Positions 18,663-28,781 of a stretch of DNA of 64,000 bases are shown here, piece after piece (position 1 is the stretch's first letter; the number at the start of each line of letters is the position of its first letter). A program made the translations under genes and the position numbers. Where the stretch lies: NCBI GenBank assembly GCA_963727625.1, contig CAVSHR010000012.1, positions 352,001 through 416,000 on the forward strand. The letters run 5' to 3'. Source of the stretch: an uncultured delta proteobacterium. GTDB taxonomy: Bacteria > Desulfobacterota > Binatia > UBA9968. The notes below the pieces were generated by a model. The model was not told where the DNA came from, ran no database searches, and saw nothing but the letters and a program-made list of their open reading frames with translations.

Positions 18663-19001
18663 CTAACGCTCTTTCGTTCCTTTTTTTAGTCTTTCCAGCT
18701 CTTCGCGCTGGCGCCGCAGTTCCAACTCGTTTTGTTTGATCTGTTGATCGAGGTCGGTCTGCTTCTTTTCCAGCGCCTGAATCCGATCGCCGACCAATGC
18801 TCCGGTGCCGAGCCCAAGCGCGCCGCCGACTGCGGCGCCCGCGCCCGGATGACCGACCGCGCTGCCGACGATGCCGCCGACCGCGGCGCCGCCGACCGTA
18901 CCGATGGCGGCGCCCTTTTCTCGCGTCGTCAGCGGTTCGCTGCAACCAACAGCGCCGAGGAAAATCAAAGACATCGTCACAACCGTCAAGCGATGTTTCA
19001 T
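18663..19001 (-). CDS. Glycine-zipper lipoprotein with coiled-coil tail
   Basis: AVGC lipobox; GAAIGTVGGAAVGGIVG...GAAVGGALGLGTGALVG. Confidence 0.88.
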   Translation of the reverse strand: MKHRLTVVTMSLIFLGAVGCSEPLTTREKGAAIGTVGGAAVGGIVGSAVGHPGAGAAVGGALGLGTGALVGDRIQALEKKQTDLDQQIKQNELELRRQREELERLKKGTKER

Positions 19002-19031
19002 GGCAAATACTCCCCCGTGATTACCTCAGTT

Positions 19032-19047
19032 GGCAATAATTGTGCCG
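19032..19047 (-). promoter_or_regulatory. sigma-54 promoter (lipoprotein-dnaK-macAB-tolC run)
   Basis: CGGCACAATTATTGCC. Confidence 0.78.
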
Positions 19048-19177
19048 CCAGAAGAGCGATCATTTCGCCGCTAGATAAAGTCGAGCCGGCGATTGAGAAT
19101 AGTCGTTTTTTTCTGAGATAACTCCGGCATCTTTAAACAATAGACGAAATCCCATGTTTGCCGCGCTCTAGGGGCAG

Positions 19178-19224
19178 TTCGCAAGATTGAAAACTTCCTG
19201 CTTGCAAGTTTCCAGTTCTGCAAA
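19178..19224. promoter_or_regulatory. Paired putative enhancer sites between divergent promoters
   Basis: TTCGCA-AGAT-TGAAAA (19178) and TTTCCA-GTTC-TGCAAA (19209), 31 bp apart. Confidence 0.6.
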
Positions 19225-19240
19225 CAGAGCGACGATTACA

Positions 19241-19256
19241 TGGTACGCCAATTGCT
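19241..19256 (+). promoter_or_regulatory. sigma-54 promoter (cytochrome c)
   Basis: TGGTACGCCAATTGCT. Confidence 0.78.
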
Positions 19257-19326
19257 CCGAACATGAGCGGTTGCTCAATGGAGCCGATTGGAAACTAGAT
19301 GAGGGTAACCATCGTAGGGAGGTCTT

Positions 19327-19755
19327 ATGCGACGAGCCGTTAACTTGATTCTCGCTCTGCTCTTGTCAGCCGGCCTCGGCTTCGCGCTTGGCGGCGAACG
19401 GGCGATAGCCCAAGAAATGGAAGTCATCGCCGGCGGCGAAATCGAATATCAAAATTATTGCGCCGTCTGTCACGGCGTCGACGCCAAAGGTCAAGGGCTG
19501 ATGAGCAGGTTCTTAACCGTTCGACCGGCGGATTTGACCCAACTGGCCAAGAAGAACGGCGGCGCTTTTCCGTTTTGGCAAACTTATCGCGTCGTCGACG
19601 GACGAGAAGAAGTGCGCGGCCACGGCTCGCGTGAAATGCCGATTTGGGGCGATCGCTTCAGAACCCAGGCGGGCGGGAACGATAGCGGCTCGCGGGCACA
19701 AGCCGCCGGGCGGTTGATCGGCCTGGTTTTCTATTTGCAGTATATCCAAGATTAA
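19327..19755 (+). CDS. Monoheme class I cytochrome c
   Basis: Signal peptide, YQNYCAVCHG, PADLT, HGSREMPIWG. Confidence 0.92.
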   Translation: MRRAVNLILALLLSAGLGFALGGERAIAQEMEVIAGGEIEYQNYCAVCHGVDAKGQGLMSRFLTVRPADLTQLAKKNGGAFPFWQTYRVVDGREEVRGHGSREMPIWGDRFRTQAGGNDSGSRAQAAGRLIGLVFYLQYIQD

Positions 19756-19824
19756 TTGCCAGACCATTTTCGGTCCAGCTCAAGCGTTCAACCTCAGACA
19801 CAGCGAGGGCGGATGCAATCTCGA

Positions 19825-21033
19825 TTAACAGATCGGATATTTTCCTTGCGCCAGTTCGGTGCAGAACCGCGCCATTCCATCCAACTCCTCTCTCAGAATC
19901 CGGCGCACCGGCTCGGCGACACCGGTGAGCTTCGATCCGGCTTTGAGCTTCACCTGCACGGCGGCAACCTGCGGCTCGTTGATCGGCATGCCGATCCGGC
20001 TGCAGAGCCAGACGATGACTTGATCTAAACCCGAGATTTCTCGATAGATGCGCTCGGCCAGCACGTGCGTCAAGACGCTGTAAATCTTGCCCACGTGGCT
20101 AACGGGATTTTTTCCCGCGGCGGCTTCCGAGCCGCGCGGCCGGTTGAGCGCGATGATGCCGTTGACCTGATTGCCCCGTCCCACTTCGCCGGAATCGGCG
20201 TCTTCCGCGGAAGTTCCCAAGACCGAAAGATACATGCCGGCGAGCCCGCGGCCCGGCCGATCCAGCGTGTTTACGCCGGCGACGACTTCGCGGAGCGCGA
20301 CTAGACGCCGGCTCAAGTGCGCGATCAGCGCCTGGCGCATCGCTTCTTTCTGGAGAAAATAGCCGACCTCGCTTTCGACGTAGCGGTCCAACAATGGAAT
20401 CGCCACCGTGAGATCGAGCCGGCTGCCATGGCGCACTCCCATAACCTTTACATCCTGACCGCTTACCGGAAATCGCCGCTTGAACTCGCCGCCGTTCAAG
20501 AATTTTTCCGCCTCCAAAACCGTCTGTTCGGTTTCAGTGAGAGGGGCATAGCCGACTGCCGCCGAAGTATCGTTCGCCAAGGAGACAGTCGAGTTCTCGC
20601 TGAATATGCCGGTCAACTCCTCTGACCCGCCTTTGAGCTCCATTTGGAAAACCAGATGTCGCTCCGGATCGATCTCGGGGAGATTTTCTCGAAACCAGCT
20701 CTTGGCGGTTTCTATGGCGAGGGCGCCGACGTCGAACGCTTGCACGAGCGTCGCCCGGTCGCCGATCACCAGGCGCATCGGCTCGATGATCCGGCCGCCG
20801 CCGAGACGGTGCTCCGCCTGTCCGGCAACCAGCAAACCTTTGTCGCAATTGTGATGAAGAATCCGGCCGAACTGTTCCCGGTACGCTTTGGCTAAAGCTT
20901 GCGAGATGCGCTCCATTACGAGATCGCAAATCGTATCGGGATGGCCCAACCCCTTGCGCTCGACAATCTCGATTTGATTTTGTTCGGGAGTTGGCGCGAC
21001 GGACTGTTCTACGTGGATGGCGGTGACGGGCAT
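19825..21033 (-). CDS. mat: Archaeal-type methionine adenosyltransferase (SAM synthetase)
   Basis: EIVERKGLGHPDTICD, HHNCDK, ANDTS, GQDVKVMG, GTSAEDADSGEVGRGN, AAAGKNPVSHVGKIY; start set to ATG 21033. Confidence 0.92.
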   Translation of the reverse strand: MPVTAIHVEQSVAPTPEQNQIEIVERKGLGHPDTICDLVMERISQALAKAYREQFGRILHHNCDKGLLVAGQAEHRLGGGRIIEPMRLVIGDRATLVQAFDVGALAIETAKSWFRENLPEIDPERHLVFQMELKGGSEELTGIFSENSTVSLANDTSAAVGYAPLTETEQTVLEAEKFLNGGEFKRRFPVSGQDVKVMGVRHGSRLDLTVAIPLLDRYVESEVGYFLQKEAMRQALIAHLSRRLVALREVVAGVNTLDRPGRGLAGMYLSVLGTSAEDADSGEVGRGNQVNGIIALNRPRGSEAAAGKNPVSHVGKIYSVLTHVLAERIYREISGLDQVIVWLCSRIGMPINEPQVAAVQVKLKAGSKLTGVAEPVRRILREELDGMARFCTELAQGKYPIC

Positions 21034-21090
21034 CTCGACCTCTGCTTGCACAATCAATGAGTCAAACCAGCAACTCGGATGAGATGAATG

Positions 21091-21106
21091 AGCAAGGGTC
21101 ATACCG
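21091..21106 (-). promoter_or_regulatory. sigma-54 promoter (mat)
   Basis: CGGTATGACCCTTGCT. Confidence 0.65.
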
Positions 21107-21155
21107 TGGTAACCGGCTCTTGAGCGCGGCAAATCGTTCGAATAACGAATTTTCC

Positions 21156-21202
21156 ATCGCAATTTTAAAAATTTACCGGATGAATTTTCGCGGCACTGCG
21201 AA
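21156..21202. promoter_or_regulatory. Paired putative enhancer sites between divergent promoters
   Basis: ATCGCA-ATTT-TAAAAA (21156) and TTCGCG-GCAC-TGCGAA (21187), 31 bp apart. Confidence 0.6.
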
Positions 21203-21263
21203 TCTCTAGGCCGCCGTCGACACCGACCGTTCTGGTAACCACAGGCTTTTCGGCAAATTTATC

Positions 21264-21279
21264 TGGCACAGCCATTGCG
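21264..21279 (+). promoter_or_regulatory. sigma-54 promoter (archease-rtcB)
   Basis: TGGCACAGCCATTGCG. Confidence 0.82.
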
Positions 21280-21310
21280 CGAAGAAAGTCCTTATCGATA
21301 GGCTTTAACC

Positions 21311-21733
21311 ATGGAGGAGGCGCGCTGGGAACATCGACCCCATGGCGCCGATGTCGGCGTCTGCGGCATCGGCCGCTCCAAGGCCGAAGCGTTCGAACAG
21401 GCGGCTGTGGCATTGACAGCCATCGTTGCCGATCCCGAGTCGGTTGCCGCTAAAGATGCCGTCGAGGTAAGCTGTGACGCACCCGATGATGAGCTGCTGC
21501 TGGTCGAGTGGCTCAATGTTTTGATCTACGAGATGGCCACGCGAAAGATGCTCTTCGCGCGCTTTGCGGTTCATATCGATGATCATCAATTGGCGGGCAA
21601 AGCCTGGGGCGAAGCGATCGACGTCGACCGCCATGATCTAGGGGTCGAGGTCAAGGGCGCGACTTGCACCGACTTAAAGGTGACTCGAGAAGAGTCCGGG
21701 CTATGGCGCGCCCAATGCGTGGTCGATGTCTGA
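21311..21733 (+). CDS. Archease
   Basis: H.ADVG, EAFEQAA, LLVEWLNVLIY, VEVKGAT, C-terminal VVDV. Confidence 0.92.
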   Translation: MEEARWEHRPHGADVGVCGIGRSKAEAFEQAAVALTAIVADPESVAAKDAVEVSCDAPDDELLLVEWLNVLIYEMATRKMLFARFAVHIDDHQLAGKAWGEAIDVDRHDLGVEVKGATCTDLKVTREESGLWRAQCVVDV

Positions 21734-21742
21734 GGAGCTGTT

Positions 21743-23173
21743 ATGGAGTTGACGCGATTGCGACGGAAGGCGGAAATCCAGTGGTGGATCGCGCCCCACG
21801 GCAAGATGCGTGTCCCCGCGATTATCTTCGCGAGCGAAAATTTAATGCGCGACATGGACGAAAAAGTTTACGAACAGGTCACCAACGTCGCCACCTTGCC
21901 GGGGATCGTCAAAGCCTCCTATGCCATGCCGGATGCTCACTGGGGTTACGGCTTTCCGATCGGCGGCGTGGCCGCTTTCGACCCGGAAAGGGGCGGGGTG
22001 ATTTCCGCCGGCGGCGTCGGCTTCGACATCTCCTGCGGCGTGCGCACGCTGCATACCGGGCTCATCCTCGAAGAGATCGAGCCGGTCAAGGAGCGACTGG
22101 CCGATGTGCTTTTTCGAGAAATTCCCGCCGGCGTCGGCAGCACCGGCAAGCTAAGCCTCAATCAGAAAGAAATGGACGCCATGCTGCTCGGCGGCGCGCG
22201 TTGGGCGGTCGAGCGCGGCTACGGCACCAAAACGGACCTCGATCGCGTCGAAGAGGCCGGGTCCATCTCCGACGCGCAACCTGACCAGGTTTCCGACCGC
22301 GCCAAGAAACGCCAGCGCGATGAGATGGGCACGCTGGGCTCGGGCAACCACTATTTGGAAGTCCAGCAGGTCGCCAAGATTTGCGATGCCGCGATCGCCG
22401 CGGCCTTTGGCGTACGCCAGGGCGACATTGTGCTCAGCATCCACTGCGGCTCGCGCGGCCTCGGCCACCAGATCGGCACCGAATTTCTCAGCCGCATGGC
22501 AGCCACCGCGGCGCAATCCGGCATCGACCTTCCCGACCGGGAATTGGCCTGCGCGCCGATCCATTCGCCCGTCGGACAAGCCTACCTCGGCGCCATGCGC
22601 GCGGCAACCAACTGTGCGCTGGCCAATCGGCAGATCATCACCCACCTGGCGCGCCGAGCGTTTAATCATATCTTTCCCAAAGCGGAGCTGCCGCTGCTCT
22701 ATGACGTCTCCCACAACACCTGTAAGATCGAAGAGCATGTCGTCGACGGCAAAACGATCCGGTTATTCGTGCATCGAAAAGGCGCCACCCGCGCTTTCGG
22801 TCCGGGCCATCCGACGGTTCCCGGATCGCTCAGCGAAGCCGGCCAGCCGGTCTTGATCGGCGGCACCATGGGCACCGCTTCTTATATTCTGGCCGGGACC
22901 CGCCAGGGAATGGAGTTGGCGTTCGGCTCCGCCTGTCACGGCGCGGGGCGCAGCATGAGCCGGCATCAAGCGCTGCGTCAATGGCGCGGCCGGGAGGTCA
23001 TCGAGAAGCTCGCATTCCGCGGCGTGCTTATCCGCAGCCGTTCCATGCGCGGGATCGCCGAGGAGGCGCCGGGAGCGTATAAGGACGTTACTGAAGTCGT
23101 CGATGCCGCCGATCGCGCCGGCTTGGCCCGCACCGTCGCTCGGCTTGAACCGGTGATCTGTGTTAAGGGATAA
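21743..23173 (+). CDS. rtcB: RNA ligase RtcB (archaeal/eukaryote-like long form)
   Basis: MPDAHWGYGFPIGGV, GVGFDISCG, GTLGSGNHYLEVQ, HCGSRGLGHQI, HNTCK, HRKGATRA, HGAGR, EEAPGAYKD. Confidence 0.96.
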   Translation: MELTRLRRKAEIQWWIAPHGKMRVPAIIFASENLMRDMDEKVYEQVTNVATLPGIVKASYAMPDAHWGYGFPIGGVAAFDPERGGVISAGGVGFDISCGVRTLHTGLILEEIEPVKERLADVLFREIPAGVGSTGKLSLNQKEMDAMLLGGARWAVERGYGTKTDLDRVEEAGSISDAQPDQVSDRAKKRQRDEMGTLGSGNHYLEVQQVAKICDAAIAAAFGVRQGDIVLSIHCGSRGLGHQIGTEFLSRMAATAAQSGIDLPDRELACAPIHSPVGQAYLGAMRAATNCALANRQIITHLARRAFNHIFPKAELPLLYDVSHNTCKIEEHVVDGKTIRLFVHRKGATRAFGPGHPTVPGSLSEAGQPVLIGGTMGTASYILAGTRQGMELAFGSACHGAGRSMSRHQALRQWRGREVIEKLAFRGVLIRSRSMRGIAEEAPGAYKDVTEVVDAADRAGLARTVARLEPVICVKG

Positions 23174-23214
23174 TCAAACGGCATCCTGATTGAAATGTTG
23201 GGAACGCCGGCGAT

Positions 23215-23238
23215 TTGAACGGCTTGAACGATTTGAAC
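23215..23238 (+). repeat. 9-bp-period TTGAAC-NNN mini-array
   Basis: ttgaacggcttgaacgatttgaac; similar arrays near 60770-60920 and 62216-62250. Confidence 0.6.
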
Positions 23239-23257
23239 AACCAGCGCGGAGGCGATC

Positions 23258-24043
23258 ATGTTCCAGCTACTCGGCGAGTTTGTCGGTCTGCTCGGCACCG
23301 TCGTGGTTATCGCGGCGATAATTCTGATCAGCGGCATCAAAATCCTCCGCGAATATGAGCGCGGCGTCATCTTTCGCCTCGGGCGGCTGGTCGCGCCGCG
23401 CGGCCCCGGCATCATCTACGTCATTCCACTGATCGAAAAAATCGTCCGGGTGCAACTGCGCACCGTGACCATGGACGTGCCGCCGCAGGATGTCATTACC
23501 AAAGACAACGTTTCGGTCAAGGTCAACGCGGTGGTTTACTTTCGCGTCATGGACGCGAACCTGGCGATTCTCGAGGTCGAGAACTATCTTTTCGCCACCG
23601 CACAGCTCGCCCAGGTGACGTTGCGCAGCGTTTGCGGCCAGGCCGAGCTCGACGAGCTGCTCGCGGAAAGAGAAAAACTCAACATCAAGCTGCAGGAGAT
23701 CCTCGACGCCGCAACCGACCCTTGGGGAATCAAGGTCGTGGTCGTCGAGCTCAAGGATATCGATCTACCCCAGGAGATGCGCCGCGCCATGGCCAAGCAG
23801 GCCGAAGCCGAACGGGAGCGGCGCGCCAAGATCATTCATGCCGAAGGCGAGTTTCAAGCCTCGCAAAAGCTGGCCGAAGCGGCGGAGATCATCGCCAAGC
23901 AGCCCAACGCCATGCACCTGCGCTTCCTGCAAAGCCTGGTCGAGGTGTCGTCGGAAAAAAACCACACCGTCGTGGTCCCGATTCCCGTCGATGTCGTCAC
24001 CCGAGCGCTTGCGATGTTAAAGCCGGAAGAGCCCACCGGGTAG
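23258..24043 (+). CDS. SPFH/band-7 (slipin/stomatin-like) protein
   Basis: [48 protein letters not shown]. Confidence 0.95.
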   Translation: MFQLLGEFVGLLGTVVVIAAIILISGIKILREYERGVIFRLGRLVAPRGPGIIYVIPLIEKIVRVQLRTVTMDVPPQDVITKDNVSVKVNAVVYFRVMDANLAILEVENYLFATAQLAQVTLRSVCGQAELDELLAEREKLNIKLQEILDAATDPWGIKVVVVELKDIDLPQEMRRAMAKQAEAERERRAKIIHAEGEFQASQKLAEAAEIIAKQPNAMHLRFLQSLVEVSSEKNHTVVVPIPVDVVTRALAMLKPEEPTG

Positions 24044-24044
24044 C

Positions 24045-24335
24045 TTGCGTCGAGACAAAACGGAGCATTGGTTGAATATCGAATTCAACGCCGACGAATG
24101 GCACGACCCGCATCGGCGCCAGGTCGTGTGGTTCAGCGCCATAGTCGACGACAAATGCATCGACTGCGGCATTTCCATCGAAGCCCTCGCCGGCCATTTC
24201 GGCGCATTTCAGGATGACCCCTTGCCCGCGTTTCGAGCCCACCGAGAACGCATCCGCGAAGCAGCGTCGAGACTGATCACCGAGCGTCGCTTCGAAGCCG
24301 ACGGCACAATTCTCATCCGAAGCGCGGATCTATGA
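24045..24335 (+). CDS. DUF1488-family protein
   Basis: V.F.A.VD...IDC.IS.EAL..HFG...AFRAHR.RI...A; start uncertain (TTG). Confidence 0.7.
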   Translation: MRRDKTEHWLNIEFNADEWHDPHRRQVVWFSAIVDDKCIDCGISIEALAGHFGAFQDDPLPAFRAHRERIREAASRLITERRFEADGTILIRSADL

Positions 24336-24412
24336 ACAGCGTAAACGCGACGATTACGATCCACCGTTAATGCCGAGTAGAGCGTAATCGGCACTCCGCC
24401 TCACTGTCGATT

Positions 24413-24459
24413 CTTTCAATCGTGACAACCGTGTCGAGGTTATTTCCGGCTTATGCGAA
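24413..24459. promoter_or_regulatory. Paired putative enhancer sites
   Basis: CTTTCA-ATCG-TGACAA (24413) and TTCCGG-CTTA-TGCGAA (24444), 31 bp apart. Confidence 0.6.
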
Positions 24460-24529
24460 TTACTTTTTTCTCTTCTCGCCTGTGCCTTTAGTTTAAAGAC
24501 TTCTCGCTCACAATGGACCGCCCCGACAG

Positions 24530-24545
24530 TGGCGCACCGATTGCG
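24530..24545 (+). promoter_or_regulatory. sigma-54 promoter (CoA activase)
   Basis: TGGCGCACCGATTGCG. Confidence 0.75.
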
Positions 24546-24591
24546 TCACTGGTAACTGGCGTATCTGTCAGAAGGGCTCCTTGGTGCAGCG

Positions 24592-27500
24592 GTGAAATAT
24601 ATCGGCATAAATATCGGTGCCCTGACGGTCAAGCTCGCGGTCTTGGATGGGGCTCAAACCTTTGCGGCGGTGGTACCCCATCTGGGCCGCCCGCTCGCGG
24701 TTCTCGAAAAGCTCCTCGCTGAGAAAGATTTCGCCGGTGCCGATTATTACGGCGTGTCGGGCCATCTTGGCCACCTCTCGGAGGCCGCGGCCATTCAACG
24801 CGCTCTGGGCGAGGTAAAAAGCGATTTTGATGCGGTGGTATCGCTGGGCGGCGAGTCGTTCCTGGTTTACATCGTTGCGAAAGGCCGGATCAGCAACGTC
24901 CTGTCCCATAACAAGTGCGCCGCCGGCAGCGGCGAGTTCTTCGTGCAGCAGATCGGCCGCATGGGGCTCGGCATGGAAGAGGCCATCCGCAATTCGTTCG
25001 AGGGCAAGGTCGTGCCGTTGGCGGCGCGCTGCTCGGTGCACTGTAAATCCGACATCACCCACAAGCTCAACCGCAACGAGGCGACCGCCAAAGACATTCT
25101 CCATACGCTCCATGACAGCATGGCGAGCAAAGTCGTTGCCCTGCTCGAAAAAGGTCAGAGCGATCTCCGGCGCGTGCTTTTGATCGGCGGGGTTACCCGA
25201 AACGCGGCGATGCTGGCGGCGCTGCGCGAGAAGCTTCTATCTACTGAGTTCGTCGTGTTACCCGAGAGTCCCTGGTTCGAAGCCTGGGGCAGCGCATTGC
25301 TCACGCGCGACCTGCCGCTGTATCCTGCACCAAAAACATCGACCCAGGCGACTCTCGGCCACCTGCCGGCGCTCAAGCTCTATAGCGATCGGGTCGAAGT
25401 CATTCCCGTGCCGCCGCAGCAACCGGCGCCTGACGGCCCGATGGTGCTTGGTGTGGACGCGGGATCGACAACCACTAAAGCCGTGCTTGTCGACGCCGCG
25501 ACCAAGGCGGTGGTGGCGACGAATTACACGCGAACCCGGGGCGATCCGGTCGCCGCGACGCGCGAATGTTTGAGAGCACTGGTCGAACAGATCGGCAACC
25601 GGTGCATCGGCTTGGTGGGCTCCACGGGTTCAGCGCGCGAGCTCGCCGGCGCCTACCTCGGCACCGAGCATGTCTACAATGAAATCTCAGCCCATGCCGC
25701 CGGCGCCGCGCATTTTGACGCGGACGTCGATACGATCTTTGAGATCGGCGGCCAGGATTCCAAATATATCTATCTTCGCAACGGCGTGCCCATCGACTAC
25801 GCGATGAATAACGCCTGCTCGGCGGGCACCGGTTCTTTTCTCGAGGAAAGCGCCCACGGCGATCTCGGCATGGACGTCTCGGAGATCGCCGAGCTCGCGT
25901 TGGCCGCTCCCGCGCCGGTGCAATTCAAGGCGACCTGCGCGGCGTTTATCAACTCCGATATCCGCATCGCCCTGCAAGAAGATCACTCACGCGAGAACAT
26001 CGTCGCCGGTTTGGTTTATGCCATCGCCGGCAACTACCTGAACCGCGTCAAGGGATCGCGCTACGTCGGCAAGAAAGTCTTCTTGCAAGGCGGCGTCGCG
26101 CTGAATCAAGCGGTCGGTCACGCATTTGCGCACAGTGTCGGGCGCCAGGTCGTCATTCCGCCCAGCCCGGAATTGCTCGGAGCGTTGGGGGTGGCGTTGC
26201 TGGCCCTGCAACGGGCGGACGGCTCGTTAGGAACCGCGACGGAGCTCTTGACTCTGGCCGCGCCGGAGATGAAGCGCACCGGTGGATTTACCTGCGGCGC
26301 CTGTGGCCTGTATTGCAGCATCGATCATTTCGAAGTCGCCGGACGGCGCTTTCCCTTTGGCGGCCGCTGCAGCCTCTATGAAAACGTCTGGAAACGAAAA
26401 AACCGCAGCGCAGCGGCGCCAGATCTAGTCGAGCAAAGGAGCAAGCTGCTATTTGACCGTCCCAAGGGCGAGAGCTCGGGCAACGGAAAACGAATCGGAA
26501 TTCCCAAGGCGTTGACGACGCACTCGCTCTACCCGCTCTATTCGACCTTTTTCGCCGGCATGAGCATGGAGGTCGTTTTATCGGCAGTCGACCCGCGCGG
26601 CGAACTCAAATCGAATGCGGGATTTTGCTTTCCCGCGCAGATCGCCCACGGCGCGGTACTGGACCTGGTTCAGCGCGGCGTGGAGCTGATCTTTTTGCCT
26701 CATGTGATGCGCATGCCGCGGCAGGAGGCGTGGAAGGAATCCTATTTATGTCCGATCACGCAGGCCAGCCCTTATTTCCTGGCCAAGGCTTATCCGCAAA
26801 TTCATCTGCTCTCGCCATTGCTCGATTTTAGCGACGGTTATGCCGCGAGCTCCACGCTGGTCGACATGGCGATCAACGAGCTTGGTCAGCCGCGCGATCT
26901 CGCCGAGCGGCAGTGGGCGGCGGCAGTAACGGCCCAAATTGAAGCGGAGCGCGATCTTTTGCAGTTGGGTCGCAGGGCGCTGGCGCAAGCGATCGCCGAC
27001 GGCAAACCTGCGGTCATTCTTGCGGGCCACAGCTACAACGCTTTCACACCGGAAGGGTCACAGTCGGTCGGCAAGAAATTATCGAGTATGGGAGTGGCGG
27101 CAATTCCCGCCGACTGCCTTTCACCAGCGGGCACCGGTCCCACCTCGTGGCATTTCGCCAACCAGGTGATGAATGCGGTGAAGGCGGTCAAACAGCAGGC
27201 CAATCTGTTTCTCCTTTGCGTGAGCAATTTCAGTTGCACCATCGACGCTTTCACCCAATCGATGCTCGCCGCAGAGATGGGTTCGAAGCCCTATCTCATC
27301 CTGGAGATCGATGCCCATACCGCCGACGCAGGCGTGCAAACCCGCTTGGAAGCGTTTCTCGATATCGTCAAGAATTATCATGAAGGCGAGATCAGCCGCC
27401 GCAGCGAATTCAACCCGGCTAAACTGATCGGCGGCGGTCAAGTGCTTCGCGGCAATGGCGAGCGAGTAGCGCTCACGGACCCGCGGGTCAAGCTCTATTT

Positions 27501-28734
27501 TCCCAACTTCTCGCAATATCACGCGGAATCACTGGCGATGTCGGTTGGCTGGCTAGGACTGCACGCCGGCACAGTGACTGCGCTCGACCGCAACCATCTT
27601 GGCAGAGGCCTGCAACACACGTCGGGACGAGAATGCCTGCCGTTGCCGATTTGCATCGGCCAGCTGCTCGAGATTCACGAACGGCGCGTGCCCGGTGAAA
27701 TCGCCGGCTACTATATGCTGGAGGGCGGAGCGCCCTGCGTCATCGACGCCTACATGGGCTATCTGGAACGGTTCATCGGCGAACAGAGCTTGGAGGATCT
27801 TTTCTTGCTCGTCCCCGGCGCTGACAACGATCACTGCGGTTATGACCCAGTGATCTTGGCAAAGTATACCCTGCCGGCACTTCTGGTAGCGGACATCATG
27901 GTCGAGATCGAACAAGTCCTTCACGTCGTCGGCGATGCCCACGCCAACGCACAGCTGAAACAGGAATGGCAGCGCTTCATTGCAAGCGCAAACTCATTGG
28001 AGCAGTTCCATGCGCAACTTCCTGGGTTCGTCGACCGCTTGGCGTCCATCCCGTGTAAACGAAACCCGCTCGATTCCCCGCGGGTACTGGTTACCGGCGA
28101 TTTTTTCACGCGCTTCAGTCCATTTTTCATGGAAGGCGTGAGCGAAATCTATAATGATCGCGGCATCATTCTCAAACCGGTCGATCTGAACGGCCTGTTG
28201 CTCTACGGGGCTTACAACATGGTCGCTGAAGCGGCCGGCGGTTGGGGACTCAAACCGGGCGGCGTAGCGCTAGCGAAAGCTTGCACAAGAATTTTCCAGC
28301 CCGACGGGCGAGAGTACTTGCGCCGTTGGCTCGCCTATCAGACTGAGAAGCGATCCGAAGCATACTACCGCAGGATCTTTCACAAGAGCGGCTATCTGCT
28401 AACACCGCAAGGAGACGCCTCGGCTACCTTTTTAGACGCCTCGGAACATATCTCGCCGAAGATTTACGGCGAGGTCATTCCGACCGTCGGCGACAGCGTA
28501 CGGGCGGATGTCGAAGGCTACGACGGCATCATCATTATCGGCCCGTTTAACTGCTTGCCGTTCCGCATCGCCGAAGCGATTCTCAAGCCGCTCAGCATTC
28601 GACGCGGCATGCCGATCCTCTCCTATGAGAGCGATGGATACGCCGTCTCGCCGTCATTTATCAGACAGGTTGAGGTCCACACGCAGCAGGTTCTTGAGCA
28701 CAGGGCGCGAAATTCGATTCGCGGCGCGGCATGA
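24592..28734 (+). CDS. Fused 2-hydroxyacyl-CoA dehydratase activator (two BadF/BadG/BcrA/BcrD ATPase domains + DUF2229/dehydratase-like domains)
   Basis: NKCAAGSG, RCSVHC, GVDAGSTTTK, EIGGQDSK, MNNACSAGTGSFLEE, CGACGLYC, FSCTIDA, ECLP, GPFNCLP. Confidence 0.9.
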   Translation: MKYIGINIGALTVKLAVLDGAQTFAAVVPHLGRPLAVLEKLLAEKDFAGADYYGVSGHLGHLSEAAAIQRALGEVKSDFDAVVSLGGESFLVYIVAKGRISNVLSHNKCAAGSGEFFVQQIGRMGLGMEEAIRNSFEGKVVPLAARCSVHCKSDITHKLNRNEATAKDILHTLHDSMASKVVALLEKGQSDLRRVLLIGGVTRNAAMLAALREKLLSTEFVVLPESPWFEAWGSALLTRDLPLYPAPKTSTQATLGHLPALKLYSDRVEVIPVPPQQPAPDGPMVLGVDAGSTTTKAVLVDAATKAVVATNYTRTRGDPVAATRECLRALVEQIGNRCIGLVGSTGSARELAGAYLGTEHVYNEISAHAAGAAHFDADVDTIFEIGGQDSKYIYLRNGVPIDYAMNNACSAGTGSFLEESAHGDLGMDVSEIAELALAAPAPVQFKATCAAFINSDIRIALQEDHSRENIVAGLVYAIAGNYLNRVKGSRYVGKKVFLQGGVALNQAVGHAFAHSVGRQVVIPPSPELLGALGVALLALQRADGSLGTATELLTLAAPEMKRTGGFTCGACGLYCSIDHFEVAGRRFPFGGRCSLYENVWKRKNRSAAAPDLVEQRSKLLFDRPKGESSGNGKRIGIPKALTTHSLYPLYSTFFAGMSMEVVLSAVDPRGELKSNAGFCFPAQIAHGAVLDLVQRGVELIFLPHVMRMPRQEAWKESYLCPITQASPYFLAKAYPQIHLLSPLLDFSDGYAASSTLVDMAINELGQPRDLAERQWAAAVTAQIEAERDLLQLGRRALAQAIADGKPAVILAGHSYNAFTPEGSQSVGKKLSSMGVAAIPADCLSPAGTGPTSWHFANQVMNAVKAVKQQANLFLLCVSNFSCTIDAFTQSMLAAEMGSKPYLILEIDAHTADAGVQTRLEAFLDIVKNYHEGEISRRSEFNPAKLIGGGQVLRGNGERVALTDPRVKLYFPNFSQYHAESLAMSVGWLGLHAGTVTALDRNHLGRGLQHTSGRECLPLPICIGQLLEIHERRVPGEIAGYYMLEGGAPCVIDAYMGYLERFIGEQSLEDLFLLVPGADNDHCGYDPVILAKYTLPALLVADIMVEIEQVLHVVGDAHANAQLKQEWQRFIASANSLEQFHAQLPGFVDRLASIPCKRNPLDSPRVLVTGDFFTRFSPFFMEGVSEIYNDRGIILKPVDLNGLLLYGAYNMVAEAAGGWGLKPGGVALAKACTRIFQPDGREYLRRWLAYQTEKRSEAYYRRIFHKSGYLLTPQGDASATFLDASEHISPKIYGEVIPTVGDSVRADVEGYDGIIIIGPFNCLPFRIAEAILKPLSIRRGMPILSYESDGYAVSPSFIRQVEVHTQQVLEHRARNSIRGAA

Positions 28735-28781
28735 AAGCCGGCGGTAAATGATGCGCTCACGCTTATCACCGGGGAGGGAGA

